Assembly: GCF_003018235.1 (NCBI RefSeq)
Contig: NZ_CP027437.1
Strand: one strand, 5' to 3'
Length of the DNA: 64,000 nucleotides
Source of the DNA: Escherichia coli
GTDB lineage: Bacteria > Pseudomonadota > Gammaproteobacteria > Enterobacterales > Enterobacteriaceae
Below the pieces are notes generated by a model that was not told the origin of the DNA, made no database searches, and saw nothing but the letters and a program-made list of their open reading frames with translations. The position numbers and the translations under genes were made by a program. Shown in pieces: positions 33,204 to 40,321 of this stretch (the stretch's first letter is position 1; the number at the start of each line of letters is the position of its first letter).

Positions 33204-35126
33204 ATGACCGTGTATTCAGCGGGAGGTCCGCGCATGCCTGAGCCGGAAGAAGAACAGGCATTCACTGAAGAGGTGAACAGCGCCTTTTCCGGGCTGCCTC
33301 GTTTTGTGTCTGTAAAGCTGGGGCGCAGGATCAGCAGCGCATGGCAGACAAAGGGTTTTGCCGGTGCACGGGAAAAATTTGCGCTGATGGTTCAGAAGGA
33401 TTTGCCGTTCATTACCGGGGTGAATAAACGTTATGCCATTAATCCGGATGAATTACCGGGGTGGCTGTTTGGTGGGCTGGCATCTGATCAGGCATACGGT
33501 GCGGTTCATTCCATGACCTGGCGATTTAATGCCATGGTGGATGGTGACGACGGGGATGCGCATTTACTGGCTCAGGATCTGTCCGTGTTTCTTATTGCTG
33601 AAATGCAGCACCTGAGTGTTCTTCTTGCGGATGAAGATGCGGATGCGGCGGCAGATGCCATTTATGCCATGGTTGCCGGGCTTGTTGAGCATTTCCGGAT
33701 GGAGCCACCGGACTGGAAGCGTTTTATTGGCAGAAAGCTGACACTGGAGCAACTGACTGTTGCCATCAGCCGGATGCTGAGTGTTCGCTGGTGGCAGGGA
33801 AAACTCAGGGCATTCTCCCGTCGCTGGCGTGAACATCTGCTTATAGCTATGGGTGTCGTTCGTCGGCAGTCTTCACCGCACTGCAGTTATGAATGGGTGC
33901 AGAGGTGGCTGGCGGGGCGTAAGCACGGTCGAAGGCTGATGGCGGAAACGGACGTTGAGGATGAAGAAACAGGAGAAAGATTTTCACTTCTCGATTTGGT
34001 TGACAGCAGCATTTCAGATGCGGAGAAACGCCGCGCAGAGCTGATGACCAGGGTTAAGGGGCTGGAAGATTTAGCCCGTTTTGAAGGTGTGGCGCAGGAG
34101 CAGGGGTATATCGGGCTTTTTTTCACGATGACCGCGCCATCAAAATATCATGCCTGGCTGGAGACAGGATATCGCAATCGTCGTTATAACGGCGCAAGCC
34201 CGAAAGACACACAAAATTATTTCTCCGGACTCTGGCGTCAGATCAGTGCAACGCTGAGGCGCAGGGGGATCGGGATTTTTGGATTAAGAAGTGCCGAACC
34301 GCATCATGACGGAACGCCGCACTGGCATGGTGTTCTCTATGTGCATCAGGAGCATGCTGCCGCCTTACAGGACATTCTTGAGTATTACGCCAACCGCGAT
34401 GATGACGCGGGAAAAACGCCCATCCGCAAAGCAGGAAGAAAATCCCACCTGGAAATAAAACCGGTTCTTGATGATCTGGGGAGTGCCTCTGCCTATATCG
34501 CCAAGCATATTGGAATGAATCTTGACGGTTGTGCGCCAGGCGGAATGAATCATGAAACGGGCCATACACTGGTGGTCACTGCCCGCCACGCCTCGGCGTG
34601 GGCGTCATTATGGGGGATCAAGCAGTTTCAGTTTATAGGCAGCACACCGGTAAGTGTATGGCGTGAGCTGCGTCGCTTTAACAATCAGGCTCATGCTGAC
34701 CGGATAAGCCCGGCGCTGGGTGAGTTACACCGTGCAGCCAGTGAGGGTGACTGGAAAACCTATACCAGGCTGCAGGGTGGACCGTTTGTGGCACGAAGAG
34801 ATCTGGTCCTTCGCACATGGTATCAGCGTTCGGAGGAGCCGGATGAGTGTGGGCTACACACCAGTGCGATCAAAGGTGTTTATATGCCGGGGCGTGATAC
34901 GCCACCGGTAGTGACGCGTTCACGTAACTGGAGGATCACCCGGAACGTTACAACAGGCGCTCTCAATGTTAACCGGGGGTCTGCTTTAACGCCCTGGACT
35001 TGTGTCAATAACTGCATTTCGGGCAGAAAACGACCAGATGGTCATCCTCCGGATCCAGGTATAAGGATCCCTGTTCAACTGGAACTGAACTTCGGGGAAG
35101 AGAATAAAGGGAAAAGTGAGCAGTAA
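33204..35126 (+). CDS. Rolling-circle replication initiation endonuclease (HUH family; P2 gpA-like)
   Basis: GGGAGGA SD; HUH-type motif GTPHWHGVLYV; 640 aa in the position of gene A relative to int-C-cox. Confidence 0.75.
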   Translation: MTVYSAGGPRMPEPEEEQAFTEEVNSAFSGLPRFVSVKLGRRISSAWQTKGFAGAREKFALMVQKDLPFITGVNKRYAINPDELPGWLFGGLASDQAYGAVHSMTWRFNAMVDGDDGDAHLLAQDLSVFLIAEMQHLSVLLADEDADAAADAIYAMVAGLVEHFRMEPPDWKRFIGRKLTLEQLTVAISRMLSVRWWQGKLRAFSRRWREHLLIAMGVVRRQSSPHCSYEWVQRWLAGRKHGRRLMAETDVEDEETGERFSLLDLVDSSISDAEKRRAELMTRVKGLEDLARFEGVAQEQGYIGLFFTMTAPSKYHAWLETGYRNRRYNGASPKDTQNYFSGLWRQISATLRRRGIGIFGLRSAEPHHDGTPHWHGVLYVHQEHAAALQDILEYYANRDDDAGKTPIRKAGRKSHLEIKPVLDDLGSASAYIAKHIGMNLDGCAPGGMNHETGHTLVVTARHASAWASLWGIKQFQFIGSTPVSVWRELRRFNNQAHADRISPALGELHRAASEGDWKTYTRLQGGPFVARRDLVLRTWYQRSEEPDECGLHTSAIKGVYMPGRDTPPVVTRSRNWRITRNVTTGALNVNRGSALTPWTCVNNCISGRKRPDGHPPDPGIRIPVQLELNFGEENKGKSEQ

Positions 35127-35253
35127 ATTTTCCGGTTAAGTCAGCGGAAGAAACTGGACTTGTCCGGAGAATAAAAATACCGGTTTTACCTGGGCATGGT
35201 TTTATATACAGTGTCGCTGTATGGCGACAGTTAAGTGAAAAATGAGGTGGAAC

Positions 35254-35523
35254 ATGAGAGGACTGGAGCTTGAACGAATGACGCCGGAAAAAATGCATGC
35301 AATTGGTATGGAGTTCATCAGGAGATCTGAGGCCATGACGCAGGCGGGGATGACAAAAGACGCTGTCAGAAAAAATCTGCTTCCGGCGATACAGCGCCTG
35401 AACCGTGCAAAACATGAGCTTCAGATGGTGGTTGATCAGATGATCGATAAGGCAGCAGAGCTGGAAAAGTATAGCAGTGCGCTTGAAAAAATCATTCAGG
35501 ATATTGTGGGCACTGAGCAGTAA
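35254..35523 (+). CDS. Hypothetical coiled-coil protein
   Basis: GAGGTGG SD; 89 aa. Confidence 0.4.
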   Translation: MRGLELERMTPEKMHAIGMEFIRRSEAMTQAGMTKDAVRKNLLPAIQRLNRAKHELQMVVDQMIDKAAELEKYSSALEKIIQDIVGTEQ

Positions 35524-35533
35524 GAGGTGGGGT

Positions 35534-36613
35534 ATGCAGGCGATCCTGACGGTATTCCCGCAGCGTAATGCCGGGATAACACTGATGAAAACAGGTAATC
35601 TGACAGCGCGGTTCAGGGACGGGCAGAGAATAATGATAAGGGATGTTCCGTCTGTGATGGCTGGGATGCCATCAGGAGAAATTCCGTCATCAGGACAGAG
35701 GCTGGCGGAAGAGGAAGGACTGACGGCTTTCTTTGCTGACGGAAGGGTAATAAAGCGTGCTGGTGGCAGTGATGCCATGGCGCGTTGGGTGAGCAGGATT
35801 GCAGGCTGCCAGTGTGAGAATGGTGATCACGTGGAGAACATGACAACAGCGCGGACAATGCAGGGAGAGGCGCTTCGGTTATGCCATGCCTGTGATAATC
35901 ATCATTATATGAAAGGATATCGGGCGCTGGCAGATGTGGCAGCCAGAAATCGTGCAGAATGGCTGATGGATTATATCAGGATGAGTCTGGGGCTGGGGGA
36001 AGATCATCAGGTGACCATTCCTGAGTTGTTTTGCTGGGCAGTGCTGAATGATGTGGCAGATGCTGTTCCGGTTATGATCGTAAGGCGTATCAGACAATTG
36101 CCGGAAGAGGAAAAGCTGAGCGGCACGATGAAAGAAGCAGATATTAATCCCTGGCAGACATCAGCAGGCACAGTGGTGAAGAAACTGGCAGATAATGCGA
36201 AGAGCGTTAATGTGTGCAATGTGCGGGTCAGACATGCAGTACGCCAGGAAGAACACAAAGAAATGGAAAAACCGGTGCTGAAACTTGTTGCAGACAGTGA
36301 TCCGGCTGCGGGCTATATGAGGAAGCCCAGAATGCAGCGGCTGTCTCTGCCGGGTTATACCTCGTGGGTGAAGCGTCAGCGATGCTGTGGATGCGGGAAA
36401 CCTGCAGATGATCCGCATCACATCACCGGGCACGGTTTTGGTGGTGCAGGGATAAAAGCCAGTGATTTGTTTGTGATCCCGCTGTGTCGGCAATGTCATC
36501 AGGAATTACACAATGACAGCAAGGCATGGGAGGAGAAAAACGGCAGTCAGTTGCTGTGGGTGATAAGGACGCTGGACAGGGCAGCGGGCATTGGCGCTTT
36601 AGTTGGGGGGTAA
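35534..36613 (+). CDS. Hypothetical protein with C-terminal HNH-like Cys/His nuclease motif
   Basis: CCGCGKPADDPHHITGHGFGGAGIKASDLFVIPLCRQCHQELHND; translationally coupled to upstream gene. Confidence 0.55.
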   Translation: MQAILTVFPQRNAGITLMKTGNLTARFRDGQRIMIRDVPSVMAGMPSGEIPSSGQRLAEEEGLTAFFADGRVIKRAGGSDAMARWVSRIAGCQCENGDHVENMTTARTMQGEALRLCHACDNHHYMKGYRALADVAARNRAEWLMDYIRMSLGLGEDHQVTIPELFCWAVLNDVADAVPVMIVRRIRQLPEEEKLSGTMKEADINPWQTSAGTVVKKLADNAKSVNVCNVRVRHAVRQEEHKEMEKPVLKLVADSDPAAGYMRKPRMQRLSLPGYTSWVKRQRCCGCGKPADDPHHITGHGFGGAGIKASDLFVIPLCRQCHQELHNDSKAWEEKNGSQLLWVIRTLDRAAGIGALVGG

Positions 36614-36614
36614 C

Positions 36615-37319
36615 ATGACACCGCAACAGATGGTATGGGCGAGAGAGCAGGTTATTTTTGCACTGAATCCACCGGATAAACGTCAGAAGGGGCAACTGGA
36701 GGCATTTGGTGATTTTGCCAGGTCAGACACCAGGCGTTACGGGAGGCAGAGAAACAGGACACTGAACATTGATGGCCGGTGGTATTGTCAGGATGGTGAT
36801 CCGGTACATGCTGCGGCAACAGCCTGTTATGCAATACAACCGGATATGATCACCAGGGAAGCGTTCAGAACGGCACAACTGAGGAGGAGGATTTATTGTC
36901 TGGAGGATTATCATCGGGCCTGGGTGTTATTCAGTTACAGCTTGCAGAAAAAACGAATACACCATCTTCTGGTCAGTGAGTACATCTGGATGAGGATGTT
37001 CGAGCGGTTGCAGGGGAAACGGGTTACGGACAGGATGACAGGAAATCTGATTGAAATAGCGAGGATGGCTGCATGGAATGCTGCAGTGACAGCCGGTGGG
37101 ATTGTTGCAGGTAAGGTTCTGATTGCTCCTTCATGTGCGGCGCAGATTGCAGGTGTAAAACCAAACACATGGAGTCAGCATTACAAGGCTCACTGGTGTT
37201 TTATGCATGAAGTATGCGATGAACTGGATCATGAGGCGCTGGTGACCATTACAGGAATAAAAAATCACCAAAAAAACGGCGAAAAATATAAATTTGCTAA
37301 AGTGAATATTTTAAGGTAG
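36615..37319 (+). CDS. Hypothetical protein (234 aa); a late-gene antiterminator role is possible by position only
   Basis: Last long ORF before a terminator and the late region; no motif recognised with confidence. Confidence 0.4.
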   Translation: MTPQQMVWAREQVIFALNPPDKRQKGQLEAFGDFARSDTRRYGRQRNRTLNIDGRWYCQDGDPVHAAATACYAIQPDMITREAFRTAQLRRRIYCLEDYHRAWVLFSYSLQKKRIHHLLVSEYIWMRMFERLQGKRVTDRMTGNLIEIARMAAWNAAVTAGGIVAGKVLIAPSCAAQIAGVKPNTWSQHYKAHWCFMHEVCDELDHEALVTITGIKNHQKNGEKYKFAKVNILR

Positions 37320-37365
37320 ATTTGAGGCAAATTTGATAGTCTGCCGTATTTGTAAGCAGAGCATA

Positions 37366-37389
37366 AACCCGCATATTGCGGGTTTTTTT
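37366..37389 (+). terminator. Rho-independent terminator
   Basis: ACCCGC-atatt-GCGGGT hairpin followed by TTTTTTT. Confidence 0.55.
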
Positions 37390-37513
37390 ATGCCCGAAAT
37401 TTTCCCTCAGCGCAATAAATACGCTGGTGGTTGTGAGTACCGGTCTTTCAGCTTGCTGGCTTTTTCGACAAGAGTTATTGGTATGCCACGTTAACCGGAC
37501 AGGGGGAAAAGAC

Positions 37514-37711
37514 ATGCTGAAACAGCAGGATATGACAGAAACCGCCAGGGTGGTGTTTAATGAATTAAGCATTACCGAACCGGCGACCGTCGGGGAAATA
37601 GCGCAGAATACCTGCCTTTCACGTGAACGCTGCCAGTTAATACTGACTCAGCTTGTTATGGCGGGTCTGGCTGACTATCAGTTCGGTTGTTACAGACGCC
37701 TTCAGCAATGA
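37514..37711 (+). CDS. Small winged-helix-like protein (paralog 4)
   Basis: TARVVFNELSITEPATVGEIAQNTCLSRERCQLILTQLVMAGL; GGGGG SD; precedes the methyltransferase. Confidence 0.5.
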   Translation: MLKQQDMTETARVVFNELSITEPATVGEIAQNTCLSRERCQLILTQLVMAGLADYQFGCYRRLQQ

Positions 37712-37862
37712 AGGCATTCTTTTATTGTGAAGATGGGCGACTGGTTAGGTGTTACAGCACCCAACCAGTCATTCGCTCATGCTTGAAGGTCACAAGCGAA
37801 CCCAGGCCCACCGCTTTTGCACAAAAGCCCGGAGAGCCTACCGGAGATGAGTTTGTTGATCT

Positions 37863-38930
37863 ATGACGCATGTTGTAAAAATATCAGAAAGTGAACTGGT
37901 CAATGCTGACTGCCTGGAATTTATACACACGTTGCCAGATGACAGTATTGACCTGATCGTTACCGATCCACCGTACTTTAAAGTGAAACCCAATGGCTGG
38001 GATAACCAGTGGAAGGGTGATGAAGATTACCTGAAGTGGCTGGATCAGTGTCTTGCGCAGTTCTGGCGGGTGCTGAAACCTGCCGGAAGTCTTTACCTGT
38101 TCTGTGGCCATCGCCTGGCATCTGACATCGAAATCATGATGCGTGAACGCTTTAATGTGCTGAACCATATTATCTGGGCGAAGCCGTCCGGACGCTGGAA
38201 CGGATGCAACAAGGAAAGCCTGAGGGCGTATTTCCCGGCCACAGAGCGCATTCTGTTCGCGGAACACTATCTGGAGCCGTATCGCCCGAAAGATGATGGT
38301 TATGAGGCGAAGGGCAGGGCACTGAAACAGCATGTGATGGCACCGCTGATTTCTTACTTTCGTGATGCGCGTGCCGCCCTTGGGATAACGGCAAAACAGA
38401 TTGCTGATGTCACAGGAAAGAAAAACATGGTGTCGCACTGGTTCAGTGCCAGTCAGTGGCAGCTGCCGAACGAAAGCGATTATCTGAAATTACAGGCGCT
38501 GTTTGCCCGGGTGGCAGAAGAGAAGCATCAGCGCGGAGAACTGGAAAAGCCACACCACCAGCTGGTGGTAACGTATACCTCACTGAACCGGCAGTATGCG
38601 GAGTTGCTGAGTGAATACAAAAATCTGCGCCGGTATTTTGGCGTGACGGCGCGGGTCCCGTACACCGATGTGTGGACGCACAAGCCGGTCCAGTTTTACC
38701 CGGGTAAACACCCCTGTGAAAAACCGGCGGAGATGCTGCGGCAGATAATTTGTGCGAGCAGCCGTCCTGGTGACATGGTGGCGGATTTCTTTATGGGGTC
38801 GGGCTCAACCATAAAAGCCGCTATGGCGCTGGGGCGTCGTGCAATTGGTGTTGAACTGGAAGAGGAACGTTTTGCGCAGACCGTGAAAGAGATTAGTCAT
38901 ATCCTGACAGGCTCAATTGATGACGGATAA
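37863..38930 (+). CDS. DNA methyltransferase, beta-class N6-adenine/N4-cytosine
   Basis: Motif IV DPPY (IVTDPPYF) precedes motif I FMGSGST; 355 aa. Confidence 0.85.
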   Translation: MTHVVKISESELVNADCLEFIHTLPDDSIDLIVTDPPYFKVKPNGWDNQWKGDEDYLKWLDQCLAQFWRVLKPAGSLYLFCGHRLASDIEIMMRERFNVLNHIIWAKPSGRWNGCNKESLRAYFPATERILFAEHYLEPYRPKDDGYEAKGRALKQHVMAPLISYFRDARAALGITAKQIADVTGKKNMVSHWFSASQWQLPNESDYLKLQALFARVAEEKHQRGELEKPHHQLVVTYTSLNRQYAELLSEYKNLRRYFGVTARVPYTDVWTHKPVQFYPGKHPCEKPAEMLRQIICASSRPGDMVADFFMGSGSTIKAAMALGRRAIGVELEEERFAQTVKEISHILTGSIDDG

Positions 38931-39381
38931 GGATGGATAAAGACATGGTCAGTTCAGGATGCGAAGCAAGTAAACAGATAAGGCTATAAAAAAAACTGAC
39001 AGTAGAAAAATAGCTTTTTCCCAGGTATTCATGAACACAATCTCTTAAAAGCGCCCGCTGATACCAGCGGGCAATACATACTGGCATTGATGTTAAGTTT
39101 ACAGGTTTCATTTATCGTATCGTGCGACACGACGTTGTTATGTTAATAAGTGTGATTTTTGATGTGAAATGTTTGTTGCGTGTTTTTTGATGGGTTTCTC
39201 ATTTTTCAGGCATCATCTCGTCACTGATGTGCAGCACAGCGATGAGGTGCTACTACTTCCACGGAGCGGATTTTGTCTTTTTTGTGGGTGGTAAAAATCT
39301 CCTTATAGCAGGATGTGATAATTATTTATCAGTATAATCTTATGAGATTGACGCGATTTCTCCGGATTTGTTAGAAGATCA

Positions 39382-39456
39382 TGCATGGTGAATCCACCTC
39401 AGCGGTGGGTCATAATGACCGCCTGTTCGCCGGTTCAATCCCTGCGGGGGCCACCA
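39382..39456 (+). pseudogene. tRNA-Ile(CAU)-like remnant: intact-looking anticodon loop/T-arm/acceptor-CCA 3' half joined to a non-tRNA 5' half
   Basis: 3' part ...GTCATAATGACCGCCTGTTCGCCGGTTCAATCCCTGCGGGGGCCACCA resembles an ileX-type tRNA; no complementary 5' acceptor strand, so no cloverleaf. Confidence 0.3.
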
Positions 39457-39457
39457 T

Positions 39458-39534
39458 GCGCCGTTAGCTCAGCTGGACAGAGCAATTGCCTTCTAAGCAA
39501 TCGGTCACTGGTTCGAATCCAGTATGGCGCACCA
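39458..39534 (+). tRNA. tRNA-Arg (anticodon UCU)
   Basis: Manual cloverleaf: acceptor GCGCCGT/ATGGCGC, D-arm GCTC..GAGC, anticodon loop CTTCTAA, T-arm ACTGG-TTCGAAT-CCAGT, CCA end. Confidence 0.85.
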
Positions 39535-39535
39535 T

Positions 39536-39610
39536 GCGGTCATCGTATAATGGCTATTACCTCGGCCTTCCAGGCTGATGATGCGGGTTCGATTCCAGCT
39601 GGCCGCTCCA
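39536..39610 (+). tRNA. tRNA-Gly (anticodon UCC)
   Basis: Manual cloverleaf: acceptor GCGGTCA/TGGCCGC, anticodon loop CTTCCAG, T-loop TTCGATT, CCA end; close to glyT tRNA as I recall it. Confidence 0.8.
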
Positions 39611-39630
39611 TAGAGGATTATGGGGACTGT

Positions 39631-39768
39631 ATGTTGAGTATTTTTCTGCGTTACCTTTCATCGGTAAAAATAAACACACAACAACTATTTATGCTGGCAT
39701 TAGCAATGATAGTTATTGGTTTTCTCGGAACTTGTTTATTTATTTACTATATTTTTGTCGATAATTAA
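39631..39768 (+). CDS. Hypothetical small hydrophobic peptide (45 aa) in moron position
   Basis: MLSIFLRYLSSVKINTQQLFMLALAMIVIGFLGTCLFIYYIFVDN; weak SD; lies between tRNAs and the esterase gene. Confidence 0.25.
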   Translation: MLSIFLRYLSSVKINTQQLFMLALAMIVIGFLGTCLFIYYIFVDN

Positions 39769-40321
39769 TATTTTTAGTATTTAGCCAGAGTGGCCCAAAC
39801 AGAAAATAAAGTTACTGTGAAACAGGGGGGCCTAATAAAAATAATCACCACTAAATTCGGGGCTTTAAAAATGCTAAGAACATCACATTTCATTATGCCG
39901 GGTACTGGAGAATAACATGATGTTTTGTTAAAAATGATTTTGCATGGTGAATCCCCCTGTGCGGCGGGGCATAATGACAGATGTTTGGTTGCGTATTGTA
40001 TAGGCAAGTTGCGGATTCTGTCTGGTCATTGCAGAATTCACCGGGAGGCACCCGGCACCATGCAGATAATTGTTTTGTGGATGATAATACCAGCCCCTCT
40101 CCGGAGGGGCTTTCTTATGGGCGAAAAAAAGCCCGGGGAGCCGGGCAATAGCATGAGATATACGTTTTTATAGACGTACAGATTTTAATCAGAATTTATG
40201 GGGCTGCGCAACTGCGTGGCCTTTTTTGTTTTGTGGGCTAAGGTTTTCCCCTTTGATTCGCCATGTGGCTGAACCTGTAGCCCGCCACTGTTCAGACGCA
40301 ATCCCGGCAAGGGGAGGAATA

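Noticed and set aside
36615-37319. Calling this ORF the antiterminator Q
   Set aside because: Only position supports it; I could not match it to lambda Q or other Q families from memory, so it is left unnamed.
39385-39768. 127-aa ORF in the six-frame track spanning the tRNA cluster
   Set aside because: It reads straight through two well-folded tRNA genes; only its last 45 codons (39631-39768) are kept, as a low-confidence micro-ORF.
39611-40321. Shiga-toxin or other toxin genes at the tRNA-to-lysis moron site
   Set aside because: No ORF of suitable size or A/B-subunit character; the interval is mostly hairpins and a 45-aa micro-ORF.
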